From Saprospira sp. CCB-QB6 (lineage in GTDB: Bacteria; Bacteroidota; Bacteroidia; Chitinophagales; Saprospiraceae), in assembly GCF_028464065.1 (NCBI RefSeq), contig NZ_CP116808.1:1071886-1135885 (forward strand): a stretch of 64,000 nucleotides of DNA. The letters run 5' to 3'. The notes under the pieces are model-generated. The model was not told where the DNA came from, searched no databases, and saw only the letters and a program-made list of their open reading frames with translations. Positions 49,960 to 60,056 of this stretch are shown piece after piece (within the stretch, counting starts at the first letter, position 1; the number at the start of each line of letters is the position of its first letter). A program made the position numbers and the translations under genes.

Positions 49960-50060
49960 TTTGAACCTGTGGGTTGAAACCCACAGCAACAAAAGAGGCC
50001 ATACTAAACGCAATAAAAATGAGCCGATGGTTGAAACCATCGGCCCATATCATTTATAGC
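49960..50060. repeat. Family C two-hairpin module (gtgggttgaaacccac ... gccgatggttgaaaccatcggc).
   Basis: Homologous to 40510-40615. The second stem differs by compensatory changes. Confidence 0.8.
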
Positions 50061-50334
50061 AAACAAGGGCTTTAGCTCGCCAGTTTGCACAGCCCTACAA
50101 CCATGGGCTTCAGCCCATGGCCCTAAACAACTTCTTGCTGTTGAAGAACAAGCCGCTAAGCAATGATTGGCTAAATCGCCCCCAATTGTTAGGGAGTTGT
50201 TAAAAATAAAAATAATGTAACAAAATCAAAAAGGGCAAAAGTTATGTTCCAGACATAACTGGCTATGTCTGGGAGCTAACTAGCTAGGTAAAAAATATAA
50301 CCGGCTGATACTGTTCAGAATTTTGTGTATCCGA

Positions 50335-50440
50335 ATAAAATTTTGGCCTTTAAATTTTATGAGGGTTTTAACCCTCATTCATACATCATTGCGCAGCAAT
50401 ACCACATATGGCTGTAGGTTTTAACCTACAGTTATTATAA
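50335..50440. repeat. Family C two-hairpin module (gagggttttaaccctc ... gtaggttttaacctac), inverted copy of 40310-40390.
   Basis: Reverse complement matches 40310-40390 almost base for base. Confidence 0.85.
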
Positions 50441-50514
50441 AAGGCTAATCATCGCCTAGGGCCAAGGGCGCACACAAAATTTTAAATAGTCCCACCTACA
50501 AATAAAAAAGCCCA

Positions 50515-50635
50515 TCCATCCCAAGGGATTCCGTAAGGAATCCCGTAGAGGGGTGGGTGGGCGGGTTATATTGCGAATGAGGAGCGCAGCGACGAATACC
50601 GCTTTTTGGCCTCCTCAAGAGCAGGAAATTAGGCT
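50515..50635. repeat. Family A GC-rich repeat fragment.
   Basis: cccgtagaggggtgggtgggcggg...gagcgcagcgacgaataccgc, the same segment as at 13370-13420. Confidence 0.7.
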
Positions 50636-51810
50636 AATTTTTGGACGGCAGTACTTTCATCCCCATAGTTTTGGCCAGGAGCTACGGTGAGTAGATTAAC
50701 GCCAGGTTTTTTGCCAGGGGCAAAGCTACCCAACTCCTCTTCAAAGCCCAGGGCTTCGGCACCATTTAGCGTGGCCCATTGCAAGAGCGTCTCAAAAGGG
50801 ACATAAGATTGGTAGCGGCGGATAGTCTTGATTTCGTCTAGGATAGAAAGGGCCCAATTAGAGGTGAGGCTATCGGTACCTAGGCAAACTTTGGCGCCTT
50901 TTTTCAAAAACGCTTGATAATTGGGGAGGCGATTTTCGATATAGAGATTGGCATTGGGGCAACTGGCCCAATAGACTGCCTTGCCCCAGCTCTTGGCGAA
51001 AGCAATATCTTGTTCAGAAGTGAGGGTGTTATGAACAAAGAGCGTTTTTTGTTCTGGGTCCATTTGCGAGAGGGCGTAATGGATGGCTGTTCTTCCGCTG
51101 GGTTGGAACTGGTCCAAAGAGAAGCCAAATTGGCCATAAAAATCGACAAAGCCGCCTGTTCCCTTGAGGAAGAGTTCTTGTTCTGGAGGCGTCTCTTGGT
51201 TATGAATGCTTACCGTATGGGCTTCTCCTTGATTGGCGGCATTGATGCGTTCGAACAATTGGGGAGAAACGGAATAAGGTGCGTGTGGCACCATGACTTT
51301 TCTGCTGCCTTCCGCTAGGGGAAGTGCGTCATAGACGGCCTTGTATTTTTCAAATTCGGTTTCGGCATTGGCGGCTTGTAGGAAGTCGAAACATTCTACA
51401 AAGCTATAATAGCGCAGGCGGCCTTTGGCCTTTTGGGCAAAGGTATCGGGAACATTAGTAATATCGCCTACGGCCACAATACCATTAGCGATCATTTGGT
51501 CCTCGGCCCAAGCGATAGCATCGGCAATAATTTCTTCGGGGGCATTGCGTCTAGAAACCACCTGTTTAATAAAGTCGATTAGGCCAGTGCCTGTTTCCAC
51601 TTTTCCGAGCATATGAGAAAGCTCTAGGTGGCAGTGTGCATTGATAAAGCCGGGGACCAAAATCCCCTTATGGATTTCGATTTCTTCTTGGGGGTAATCT
51701 GTACGTTGGCCTATTTCTAGGATGCGGCCCTCTTCATCAAGGACCAAAACGCCCTCTTTGATGGGGGCATCGCTAATGGGATAGATATAATCGGCGCTTA
51801 TTTTTCTCAT
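50629..51810 (-). CDS. Amidohydrolase family protein (deaminase/chlorohydrolase-like subgroup).
   Basis: [15 protein letters not shown] metal-ligand motif. Start trimmed to the internal ATG ([11 protein letters not shown]) because the first 79 codons of the ORF-track model lie inside a GC-rich repeat. Confidence 0.7.
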   Translation of the reverse strand: MRKISADYIYPISDAPIKEGVLVLDEEGRILEIGQRTDYPQEEIEIHKGILVPGFINAHCHLELSHMLGKVETGTGLIDFIKQVVSRRNAPEEIIADAIAWAEDQMIANGIVAVGDITNVPDTFAQKAKGRLRYYSFVECFDFLQAANAETEFEKYKAVYDALPLAEGSRKVMVPHAPYSVSPQLFERINAANQGEAHTVSIHNQETPPEQELFLKGTGGFVDFYGQFGFSLDQFQPSGRTAIHYALSQMDPEQKTLFVHNTLTSEQDIAFAKSWGKAVYWASCPNANLYIENRLPNYQAFLKKGAKVCLGTDSLTSNWALSILDEIKTIRRYQSYVPFETLLQWATLNGAEALGFEEELGSFAPGKKPGVNLLTVAPGQNYGDESTAVQKLA

Positions 51811-51860
51811 GGTATATGTCTTTAATTTAGGGGCCAAAAATAGAAAAAACTGTTGATTTA

Positions 51861-52042
51861 TCTTTAGAAATCTCTGAGACAGGCGGCGAAGCCGCCGCAT
51901 AGGAGCGCAGCGACTGGCTGAGGGATGCGCAGCAGTGGCGCAGAGCGCCAGACCCAGCCGCCTAAGGCGGCGCAGGGCCGAGCGAACAGCGAGCTGCGAG
52001 ACAGCCCGACCCGCCCACAGGGCGGGGCAGCCCCAAAATAGC
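51861..52042. repeat. Family A repeat ending GGGGCAGCCCCAAAA.
   Basis: Located inside a minus-strand operon between mvaD and the amidohydrolase gene. Confidence 0.8.
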
Positions 52043-52083
52043 GGCATAAAAAAAGCCTCCTAGAGGAAGCTTTTAGTTGGTGG

Positions 52084-53127
52084 TTAGACCAGCGTTAATT
52101 TTTCGGGTCCACAGCCTAATTCGTCGGCTAAGTAGCCGCCCTTTTCGCAGAGGGGGAGTAATTCCTCTTCAAGGAAGGGTTGGACCTTTGGCAGGATCGA
52201 TTTGGGGTAGAGCAGGTGTAGATTGGGGCCTGCGTCTAGGGTAAAATAGAGGGGGAGTTTTGTTTGTTGGCGCCAGTCGCGAATCTTTTCGATCAGGGCG
52301 AGGCTATTCGGTTGCATCAGTAGGTAAGAAGGGCGAGAAGTCATCATGAGGGCGTGTAGCATCAGGGCTTCTTCCTCGGCAATTTGGCCGAAGGTTTCCC
52401 AATCGCCAGATTGGAGGGCGGGTAAAAGTTTGCCTAGATTTTCCTCGGCTAGTTGGTAGCGAAGGGGGGCGAAGGGGTTGCCTTCCATGAGTTTGTGACC
52501 AGCGGTACTAGAGACAGATTTCTCGGCACGGCTCACAAGTAGGATAGTATCTTGGACCGTCTTAAAATCATCGTGTAGGAAGTTGGCACAGGGGCTTGCC
52601 CAGAGGTTAGCGCTATCTTTTAGCTGGCTAGATTCGCCCCAAGAGGCAGCCATAGGGTAGAGGGATCGGCAGGCGGAGCCAGAGCCTAGGCGGGCAAAAT
52701 AGCTAGCCTTCTGCCAAAACTCGGCTTGATCGGATTGGGGACCAAGGTTTAGTTCGGCGGCCATATCGCAGAGGCAGAGGGCTAAGGCGCTCATGCTAGA
52801 AGCGGAGGAGGCAATGCCGGCAGAATGGGGAAAAGAGTTCTTAGAATCTAGTTCGAGGCTATATTCATCGAGAAAAGGGAGCTCATCGAGGATACTTTCT
52901 AGGAAACCCTGGATACGTTGGGCAAAAGCTGGTTTTTCTTGACCTTCAAACAAAAAGCGCAATTGGATACCGCCTTTTGTTTTGGGGCTATAGCGGAGGC
53001 TGGTTTGGCTATAGGCTTCAGAAAGTGTAAAGCTGAGGGAAGCGTTTTTGGGAAGTTGGCGACCATACTTCCCCCAATACTTAATGATGGCGATATTGGA
53101 GGGGCTTTTCCAGCAAATTTGATTCAT
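52084..53127 (-). CDS. mvaD: Diphosphomevalonate decarboxylase (GHMP kinase superfamily).
   Basis: N-terminal SNIAIIKYWGK motif characteristic of MVD. 347 aa. Confidence 0.8.
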   Translation of the reverse strand: MNQICWKSPSNIAIIKYWGKYGRQLPKNASLSFTLSEAYSQTSLRYSPKTKGGIQLRFLFEGQEKPAFAQRIQGFLESILDELPFLDEYSLELDSKNSFPHSAGIASSASSMSALALCLCDMAAELNLGPQSDQAEFWQKASYFARLGSGSACRSLYPMAASWGESSQLKDSANLWASPCANFLHDDFKTVQDTILLVSRAEKSVSSTAGHKLMEGNPFAPLRYQLAEENLGKLLPALQSGDWETFGQIAEEEALMLHALMMTSRPSYLLMQPNSLALIEKIRDWRQQTKLPLYFTLDAGPNLHLLYPKSILPKVQPFLEEELLPLCEKGGYLADELGCGPEKLTLV

Positions 53128-53134
53128 GATAGAA

Positions 53135-54637
53135 TTATTTTGATGTTGATTCTGGGGCCTCTATAAAGCTTTGGGGCTCTAGAAAACCAAATTGATAATA
53201 TCTGAAATAGAGAGATTGCAGGCCGATAAACAGGCGACCATCTTGAAGAGGGTAGCTCAATTCGGGGCAGAGCAATTCGTCCTTGAATTCGTAAGATAGT
53301 AACTGTTTTTCTTTTAGCTGTCCTTGGGCATCAATTTGGGCCAGATAGGCCCCTGACTCTCGGCCGTAGAGGCCTCTATTGAAGAGCAAATAGATCTTTC
53401 CAGCTTTCTCCCAAAGATAGGGACGTAAAAAGGTAGCCTTAGACTTAGGAAAAGAGTTGTGTTTGAGAATACTTTGTTCCCAAAGTAACTCTCCAGCTTC
53501 AGAGAAGCAGAGCACAAAAATATTATGGCTTTTGAAGTTGTGGATGCCGTAGGGTCGTTGTTCGGCCAGTAGGATAAGGCGGCCATCGGCCAGTTGGCGG
53601 AAGCTAATACAGTTATAATTGCGTAATTCTGTTTTTTCTTTGATTTTGCTAGCTTTTCGGTGGAGCAACTGACCTTTTAAAGCCTTAGAAAAGGCCTGTT
53701 TCTTTTTGGCCAAAACCTGGCTGCGTTCCGCATTGATTTTGATGAGAAAATAGCCGCCTTGTTTATAGTATTTCTTTTGAGAGTAAAAGCCCGTCCAGTA
53801 AATATTTCCTTCTGCATCAAAGAGAAGGTCCATTTCATTGTAGAAAAAATCGCCCAATTTGGGACTAAAGCGGACAAATTCTTGAGGTTTTTGGCCTACA
53901 AAAAAGACTACGGGATCTGCGGTCACTTTTTTAAGCTGATAAGAGCGTTTTTCTCGAAACTGATCACTGAGAATAGCCACCACTCCTTCGTTGCTGATTT
54001 TAAGTTTTTGAATGGCGATCACTCTTTTTCCACTTTGGTTGGGAGAAAGATCCAGTTTGCGTTCCCAAAGCAGATTTAAATCCATATCCAATACTCTAAG
54101 GCGAATGCTATTGGTTAGTCCTCGGATATCTTCAATGTCGCCTTCTTCTTCATAGTCATAGAGCAATAATTTACTGCCATCAGGAGAAAGAACAAAATTT
54201 CCCCGATAGAGACGCTCTTTCATATCAAAGGGAGGAATTAGGGTAATGCTATCTGGAGTCAATTGAAAACTATCGGGTACAATCTCCTTAGCATAAAGAC
54301 TCACCTCCTCATAGCGTTTGAGTACTTTATTATCTATATAATAAGAATAGAGTAAGTAGTTTTTGCCATGAATGTGCATAGCGCCTCCATATTTTCGCTT
54401 TTTATCGCTCGATATATAACGCCCTTTTAACTTGAGCTGACCATCGTAAATTTCGGTTTCGGCCTTATCGAATTGCTTATTAAAACGCAAGATTTGAAAG
54501 CGATCTTCCTCATATTCTAAGAGCGCATAGGTTTTATAACCGCCTAGTCGCTCTTGGCGATCGCCCAAAAACAGACCTTGTGCACCCAAAAATAAAGGGA
54601 AAAAACTGATCAATAATAGAAGTATAATTTTATGCAT
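53135..54637 (-). CDS. Hypothetical secreted protein.
   Basis: Signal peptide. 500 aa. 7-nt gap to mvaD. Confidence 0.5.
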   Translation of the reverse strand: MHKIILLLLISFFPLFLGAQGLFLGDRQERLGGYKTYALLEYEEDRFQILRFNKQFDKAETEIYDGQLKLKGRYISSDKKRKYGGAMHIHGKNYLLYSYYIDNKVLKRYEEVSLYAKEIVPDSFQLTPDSITLIPPFDMKERLYRGNFVLSPDGSKLLLYDYEEEGDIEDIRGLTNSIRLRVLDMDLNLLWERKLDLSPNQSGKRVIAIQKLKISNEGVVAILSDQFREKRSYQLKKVTADPVVFFVGQKPQEFVRFSPKLGDFFYNEMDLLFDAEGNIYWTGFYSQKKYYKQGGYFLIKINAERSQVLAKKKQAFSKALKGQLLHRKASKIKEKTELRNYNCISFRQLADGRLILLAEQRPYGIHNFKSHNIFVLCFSEAGELLWEQSILKHNSFPKSKATFLRPYLWEKAGKIYLLFNRGLYGRESGAYLAQIDAQGQLKEKQLLSYEFKDELLCPELSYPLQDGRLFIGLQSLYFRYYQFGFLEPQSFIEAPESTSK

Positions 54638-54785
54638 GTATAGATGGTTTGATGTAAAATTACAGACTAAAAAATTAGGTCCAAATGAAATAGATGAAAC
54701 TTAAAGCTAAGTTGACGGTTTAAATTTATTTCTTATATAACTCCACAGTCCTTTTTATCTAAAACCAAAACGCTATTTTCGATTC

Positions 54786-55091
54786 ATGATCTCATTAATT
54801 TTACTCCTAATTATTCTACGCTATTACTGGAGATTAGCAAAAAAAATAGACCAAAACCCTTATTTATGGGCATTTTTAGCTTTTTCTATTTATGCTATTC
54901 TAGCTTCTGGCCTCATGTTTCTATTTGTCTATTTACTAGAAGTAGACCTAAATGTCAGCACTAAATCAGAAACGAGTATTAAGCTGATCGCTTCTTTGCT
55001 CGCTTTAATCTGGACTTACTTGATGGCCCCTCTTCTACTAAAAAAGAAAGTATCAACTACAAAAGACGACATCTTAGATGCTGGCCTTTAA
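54786..55091 (+). CDS. Small membrane protein, paralog 1 of 5, with C-terminal DDILDAGL.
   Basis: 101 aa with three TM helices. Carries an N-P-x-x-W motif after TM1. Confidence 0.55.
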   Translation: MISLILLLIILRYYWRLAKKIDQNPYLWAFLAFSIYAILASGLMFLFVYLLEVDLNVSTKSETSIKLIASLLALIWTYLMAPLLLKKKVSTTKDDILDAGL

Positions 55092-55100
55092 ATTATCATT

Positions 55101-55424
55101 ATGATCATACTCACTATTATCCTTGCGGGCGCCCTAGCCATTGGCAAATGGTATTGGGATAGCGCCGCCGAGCAATCCCTGCCCAAACTCAAATGGCTCC
55201 TCATTGGTATGGGCCTATTTATTGGCAGCTATATCTTAATTGGAATAGTTGTCTCCCTAGTTTTTGAGTTCGTTTTTGGCGATTTGGCCATTGGTATACA
55301 TGAAATTGGCAAAATTCTTATTACCGCCTCTTTTGCTATTAGTGTCTGCAAATGGGGCAACAAACGCTGGCTAGAAAATTATAGCCCTCCCCAAAAATCA
55401 GATATCTTAGACGCGGATATCTAA
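55101..55424 (+). CDS. Small membrane protein, paralog 2 of 5, with C-terminal SDILDADI.
   Basis: 107 aa with three TM helices. 9-nt gap from paralog 1. Confidence 0.55.
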   Translation: MIILTIILAGALAIGKWYWDSAAEQSLPKLKWLLIGMGLFIGSYILIGIVVSLVFEFVFGDLAIGIHEIGKILITASFAISVCKWGNKRWLENYSPPQKSDILDADI

Positions 55425-55435
55425 ACCATTTTTCT

Positions 55436-55747
55436 ATGCAGTTGACTATTTACTTACTCCTGTTCTTTTTTTTTCTGGCCTTAGTCCTTTACGGACATTA
55501 CCGCCTCAAAGCTCAAGCTGCTAGACTAAATCCAGAAGTATGGGGCCTAGCTGGCCCCATTCTTTTCTTTGGGCTTAGCCATTATCTCAGCCGGCTCACT
55601 ATTGCCCTTAGCGAGAGCATCAGTAATGAAAATTTATTTCTGGCCCTCAGTCTGGCAGGCAGCCTCATTAGCTTTGCAGCCATTTTCTTTATGGCCCCTT
55701 ACCTAATTTCTACGGTCCAAACAACAGCAGAACATGAACGCGATTAG
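55436..55747 (+). CDS. Small membrane protein, paralog 3 of 5, without the C-terminal motif.
   Basis: 103 aa. Carries the NPEVWG motif. Confidence 0.55.
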   Translation: MQLTIYLLLFFFFLALVLYGHYRLKAQAARLNPEVWGLAGPILFFGLSHYLSRLTIALSESISNENLFLALSLAGSLISFAAIFFMAPYLISTVQTTAEHERD

Positions 55748-56084
55748 CCCCCATCTCCTCACTTATATCCTCAGCCTGCTCAGCCTATTTTATTATGCTT
55801 CTCTTGCCCGTAAACACAGCAAGAATACCTTGCTATGGGCGGCTTTTGGCTTTCTTTTTCAGACGGGCCTCTCTATCCTTTTCATCCTATTCAGTAAGGT
55901 ATTTTTTGGCCTATTCAAAATCCTTTCTTGGCCCATCAATGATTATTGGGCGATTGGCCTACTCCTTCTCCCCCTAATCGCCTGCGTCCTTAGCCTTAAG
56001 CTAACCCCTTCTTTTGTTGCTCCCCAAGCAAAAAGACCCGCTCCTTCCTCCTCCAATTCAGATATTCTAGATGCGGATATTTAG
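55734..56084 (+). CDS. Small membrane protein, paralog 4 of 5, with C-terminal SDILDADI.
   Basis: 116 aa. Overlaps paralog 3 by 14 nt. Confidence 0.55.
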   Translation: MNAISPHLLTYILSLLSLFYYASLARKHSKNTLLWAAFGFLFQTGLSILFILFSKVFFGLFKILSWPINDYWAIGLLLLPLIACVLSLKLTPSFVAPQAKRPAPSSSNSDILDADI

Positions 56085-56087
56085 GGG

Positions 56088-56262
56088 CCCGCGGCCGCCC
56101 TTTATAGGGGGCAGCCGCCGCTATGCTGCGCAGCTCGCTGTTCGCTCGGCCCTGCGCCGCCTTAGGCGGCTGGGTCTGGCGCTCTGCGCCACTGCTGCGC
56201 AGCGCTGGGCCATTTGGCCCAGCGGGCCAAGGGGGCTTCGCCCCCTACATCCCTAAACCTAT
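56088..56262. repeat. Family A repeat inserted between paralogs 4 and 5.
   Basis: ggggcccgcggccgccc...gctcgctgttcgctcggccctgcgccgcc...ctgcgcagcgctgggcc. Confidence 0.8.
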
Positions 56263-56276
56263 CATAAAACACGCCC

Positions 56277-56660
56277 ATGACAACCTACTACATCTATCAT
56301 AGTACTCTTTTTCTTACGCTTGGCCTCAACTTTTATCTCTACAGAAAGAAAGCCATTCGCCACAATAAAAATCCACTAACTTGGGGCCTTATTGGTCTTC
56401 CTATCTACTACTTCTGCGAAGAGCTCTTTGTTCTGCTAGCTGATCTACTATATCGCACGATTAGATTAGGCTACTTCTTTTACCTAGAGCAGTTTTCAAT
56501 AGAGGGGACCGTAGAGGAAGCAGAACTATTTGGATCCATTTTACTCTATTTTTGCCTAGCCCTTAGCTTCCTTTCCGCCTTATGGCTAAGTTTGCGCATA
56601 GGAGAATTCCTTATCCGCCCTAGTAAAAATCAGCCTAATGCCGACAATCAACAGCCCTAG
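56277..56660 (+). CDS. Small membrane protein, paralog 5 of 5, without the C-terminal motif.
   Basis: 127 aa. Carries the NKNPLTWG motif. Confidence 0.5.
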   Translation: MTTYYIYHSTLFLTLGLNFYLYRKKAIRHNKNPLTWGLIGLPIYYFCEELFVLLADLLYRTIRLGYFFYLEQFSIEGTVEEAELFGSILLYFCLALSFLSALWLSLRIGEFLIRPSKNQPNADNQQP

Positions 56661-57795
56661 GCCATCTGCCGCTATCGTGTTGGTCCTTGCGCTTTTTGGC
56701 CTAAGTTTGGGCCTTTTTTGGTTTCTGCAATATCAAACCGATACCAATAGCTACATCCAAGCAGTAGAAATTATTTTGGGCCAAAAAGATATTGGCCTAG
56801 ATAGCTCGCACCGCCTCGCCAAATTTTACCCCTTCTACCCTATTGCCCTTTGGGCCAAATTAGGCTTGCCCATTTATTGGGGAATCCTGGGGCAGCAATG
56901 GCTCTGCTATTTTCTTTCGGCCTTGGCCCTCTATAAAATTGCAAAATTACTCTATCCCCAGCAAGCCTGGGCCCCTATCCTACTACTTAGCACTAGCCTG
57001 ATGGCCCCTCCCTACGCTATTTTCTCTACCGTCTGCATGACTGATGGCAGCGGCTGGGCCATGCAGCTTTGGGCCAGCTATTGGGCGTTGAGGCTAATCC
57101 AAAAAGCAAGACCTAATTATAGCACCGCCTTTTGGCTGGGCTGTTTTATGGGAGTCGGTATTCTAGTCAAAGAATCTATCCTGATGGCGGGTTTACTTTG
57201 GGCCTTGCTCCTCCTCTTTAAAACCAATTTGCTCTGGACCCAAAAATTACGTCTCTACCTAGCTACTGGCAGCGGTTTTCTGCTGCTATTTCTCACTGGC
57301 TCCGCTTGGGCCGAATGGCAATTTGGAAAATCACTTTTTAGTTGGTGGCGCTTTGCGCATACCGACCCTATTGAATATACAATTCCAATCATTGGCTATT
57401 TCCAGCAATTGGCCAGAACCTTAGATCTCTTATTTTTCCCTTTCGCTTTTGTCCTACTCAGTTACTTTAAAAAACAATTTCAGTATTGGGAATGGGCCAT
57501 TTTAACTACCGTCGGCCTAGCTTATTTGCTTTTCCCTTTTGCTTGGCCCTACTATATGGACCGCATCCTGATGATGTGCAGCCTCCCTCTTCTATTCTTA
57601 TATCCTCGACTTTTGCAGTATTTCTCAGGACGAAGTAGTTTTGCCCTACTCTTTCTAGCAGGCAGCAGCAGCCTGTTTATCTGCTACCGCATTTATAAAT
57701 ATGCAGAAAGCGGTTGGTTGCTCTGGGGCTATCTTCTTTTTGCTGCACTCCTATCTATTTTGCTCTTTCCTAAGGTCCGTAACAAACTCCCATAA
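56638..57795 (+). CDS. Polytopic membrane protein, about 10 TM helices, possibly a GT-C-type glycosyltransferase.
   Basis: 385 aa. Overlaps paralog 5 by 23 nt. Family call is speculative. Confidence 0.45.
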   Translation: MPTINSPRPSAAIVLVLALFGLSLGLFWFLQYQTDTNSYIQAVEIILGQKDIGLDSSHRLAKFYPFYPIALWAKLGLPIYWGILGQQWLCYFLSALALYKIAKLLYPQQAWAPILLLSTSLMAPPYAIFSTVCMTDGSGWAMQLWASYWALRLIQKARPNYSTAFWLGCFMGVGILVKESILMAGLLWALLLLFKTNLLWTQKLRLYLATGSGFLLLFLTGSAWAEWQFGKSLFSWWRFAHTDPIEYTIPIIGYFQQLARTLDLLFFPFAFVLLSYFKKQFQYWEWAILTTVGLAYLLFPFAWPYYMDRILMMCSLPLLFLYPRLLQYFSGRSSFALLFLAGSSSLFICYRIYKYAESGWLLWGYLLFAALLSILLFPKVRNKLP

Positions 57796-58748
57796 GCAAA
57801 AGCCGACTTTAATTTTTGCTCCACTGGCCGTATCCGCATTTCTTCCATCGGAAAACGCTGTATATGCTGGCTCAATTGCATTTCTTCCTTAATCCCCGCC
57901 CCACCAAAACTAAGGTCCAAATTGGCCCGCTCAAAAAAGGCCAACTCTACTTCATGGTCTGTAAAGGGAAAAGCAAAGGCCCGAATAGGCTGCGGCAACC
58001 AAGCCGCCAACTGCTGCTGATTTTTCTCTGTCTGAACCAATTGCTCTTCTAAAGAGAGCTTTTTGTATAAAGGATGATTCCAACTATGCCCGCCTATGCT
58101 AAAGCCCATAGTTTGCAAGGCTTTCAGCTCTTCTAGCTTTAAATAAGGCTGTTGTTGGACCAAAAAATTATCTACTGAACAGCCCACACGCTCCGCCCAA
58201 ACCAAAAGCTCATCCTCCTGAGCATAGCCCGCAGAAAAAAGTAAGTCCGCATCTTTTTGGCCCAACTCTTTTCGCTCTTCCAAATGGCTATAAATCAGGG
58301 CCGCCAAATGCCTAAACATCAAACGCTTGTTATCGATAAAAGCCCCATTGATAAAAAAAGTAGCTGGAATCCCTAAGCGCAACAAAATAGGCGCAATGAT
58401 ATGATAACAACTACTCAAGCCATCATCAAAACTCAAATGAAAAAATGGCTTTCGAGCTGGGCGCCCCGCTTCAACCCAAGCCAGTACCTCCCCTAAATCA
58501 ATGGGCTCAAAATGAGCCAAAATCAACTTTAACTCCACCTCAAACTGCTGAGGCGAAATCAAGGGATAAAGGGGCGAAATATGTGGCTGCGGCTCCGCTT
58601 CTACCGCATGATAAAAGGGAAAAAACGCTTCTACCTTTGCTTTTTCTTGCCAAAAAGAAAGGGAAAAGGCCTGAGCCAATTGGTCCAGACCTTTTTTCAT
58701 ATTATTCTTCATCCAAGGACCTAAGCCTTGTCTTTGGGCATAGTACAT
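57729..58748 (-). CDS. Polysaccharide deacetylase (NodB homology domain).
   Basis: HLSFDDGLSSCYHII...GIPATFFING motifs. Confidence 0.75.
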   Translation of the reverse strand: MYYAQRQGLGPWMKNNMKKGLDQLAQAFSLSFWQEKAKVEAFFPFYHAVEAEPQPHISPLYPLISPQQFEVELKLILAHFEPIDLGEVLAWVEAGRPARKPFFHLSFDDGLSSCYHIIAPILLRLGIPATFFINGAFIDNKRLMFRHLAALIYSHLEERKELGQKDADLLFSAGYAQEDELLVWAERVGCSVDNFLVQQQPYLKLEELKALQTMGFSIGGHSWNHPLYKKLSLEEQLVQTEKNQQQLAAWLPQPIRAFAFPFTDHEVELAFFERANLDLSFGGAGIKEEMQLSQHIQRFPMEEMRIRPVEQKLKSAFAYGSLLRTLGKSKIDRSAAKRR

Positions 58749-59071
58749 TGGCCATTAAATATTGCTCCTTGTTCAATCTGCAATCGCTCACAATCTATAT
58801 CTCCCGTCAACTGAGCCGAAGCCTGCAAATACACCAACGACTTGGCCTTTACATTCCCCTTGCTCTCCCCTTCCGAAATGAGCTCCTTACAGTTAATTTG
58901 GCCCATCACCTTACTTTTGGGCGCCATTACCAAACGGCCACCACATCTTAGCTCGCCATGCAATTCCCCCTCCAATCGGATATTAGAATTGGTTTCCAAA
59001 CTCCCCTCGATAATCGTACCCTGCGCCAAAATACAAACCTCTTTGGCCGCAATTGCTTTCTTTTCTTCCAT
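58721..59071 (-). CDS. Bactofilin family cytoskeletal protein.
   Basis: 116 aa with a beta-helical repeat pattern (G.I.G.L...G.L.G...V.G.I) of the DUF583 type. Confidence 0.6.
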   Translation of the reverse strand: MEEKKAIAAKEVCILAQGTIIEGSLETNSNIRLEGELHGELRCGGRLVMAPKSKVMGQINCKELISEGESKGNVKAKSLVYLQASAQLTGDIDCERLQIEQGAIFNGQCTMPKDKA

Positions 59072-59139
59072 AAAATTGTTTCTAATTAGGCCTTCAAGAT
59101 AATAACTTCTACTTAATAGGCCAAGTTTTTTCTTTTTTT

Positions 59140-59292
59140 GGGGCTGCCCCGCCCTTCGGTCGGGTCGGGCTCTCCGCAGCTCGCAGGTCTGCTCGGCCCT
59201 GCGCGGGCTTTGCCCGCTGGGTCTGCCGCCTTCGGCGGCCCTGCTCCCATCCCTCAGCCTGCGGCCCTTCGGGCCTGCAAAACGCAGTTGGA
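59140..59292. repeat. Family A repeat starting TTGGGGCTGCCCC.
   Basis: Located within a minus-strand operon between djlA and bactofilin. Confidence 0.8.
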
Positions 59293-59293
59293 C

Positions 59294-60049
59294 CTATTTC
59301 AAGCCTCGCTTTTCACAGATCGTATCATAAGCCTCTTGCAAACGCTTAAACTTAGACTCCCCCACTTTCTGAAACGCTTCCCCCAAACTCGCCAAACTAT
59401 CTGGATGATATTTCTTGACCATCTTCCGATAAGCCGCCTTTAACTGAGCATCTGAAGCCGATGGCGGCAACTCTAAAATCTTATAATGACTATCCATCTC
59501 ATCATAAAACATCGCTTTGATTGAGACAAAGTCACTATGTGGCAAATCCAACTCTAAACTAATCCGCTTAATAGTATCTACCTCCACCTGATCGATACTA
59601 TAATCTGCATTGGCAATACCAAAAAGGAAATAAAGCATCTGCAGGCGGGTTTCATAATTGCTACTCAAATAAATTTGTCGACAAATTTTAGAGAGCTCCC
59701 AATCTTGCTCCAAAGCAGCACTAAGGATTCCCATATACTCCTGCAAGTTATCTTGCCCAAACTGCTCTACCAAAAACTTCTGAATATAACTCAACTCCAA
59801 ATCTTCTACCTCTCCATCGGACTTAACAACAGCAGCAGCCAAAATTAGGGAACTGAGGATAAAGTTCGTACTATCATTCGGTTGAGGTAATTGTTTCTTG
59901 CGTCTTTTTGGCGCCCCCCCTCCTTTTTGGAGAAACATATCTATAAAAAAGCCAATTCCAAGGCCCAATAAAATACCTATTGGAAAATAAAGCAATCCGC
60001 CTAACAGCAGCCCCAAAAGCTTCCCAATATGTTGTTTCAGTAAATTCAT
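59294..60049 (-). CDS. djlA: DjlA-like membrane co-chaperone (N-terminal TM helix, TerB-like middle domain, C-terminal J domain).
   Basis: C-terminal J domain (YKILELPPSASDAQLKAAYRKMVKKYHPD) with a Gly/Leu-rich N-terminal TM. Confidence 0.6.
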   Translation of the reverse strand: MNLLKQHIGKLLGLLLGGLLYFPIGILLGLGIGFFIDMFLQKGGGAPKRRKKQLPQPNDSTNFILSSLILAAAVVKSDGEVEDLELSYIQKFLVEQFGQDNLQEYMGILSAALEQDWELSKICRQIYLSSNYETRLQMLYFLFGIANADYSIDQVEVDTIKRISLELDLPHSDFVSIKAMFYDEMDSHYKILELPPSASDAQLKAAYRKMVKKYHPDSLASLGEAFQKVGESKFKRLQEAYDTICEKRGLK

Positions 60050-60056
60050 CTACGCA

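Noticed and set aside
50629-52047. Full 472-aa ORF model for the amidohydrolase.
   Set aside because: The first 79 codons translate family A repeat sequence (Arg/Leu/Ala-rich). Trimmed to the internal ATG at 51810, where amidohydrolase homology begins.
56071-56256. 61-aa ORF between small-membrane-protein paralogs 4 and 5.
   Set aside because: Entirely family A repeat sequence.
59138-59443. 101-aa plus-strand ORF.
   Set aside because: Begins in a family A repeat and continues antisense to the djlA-like gene.
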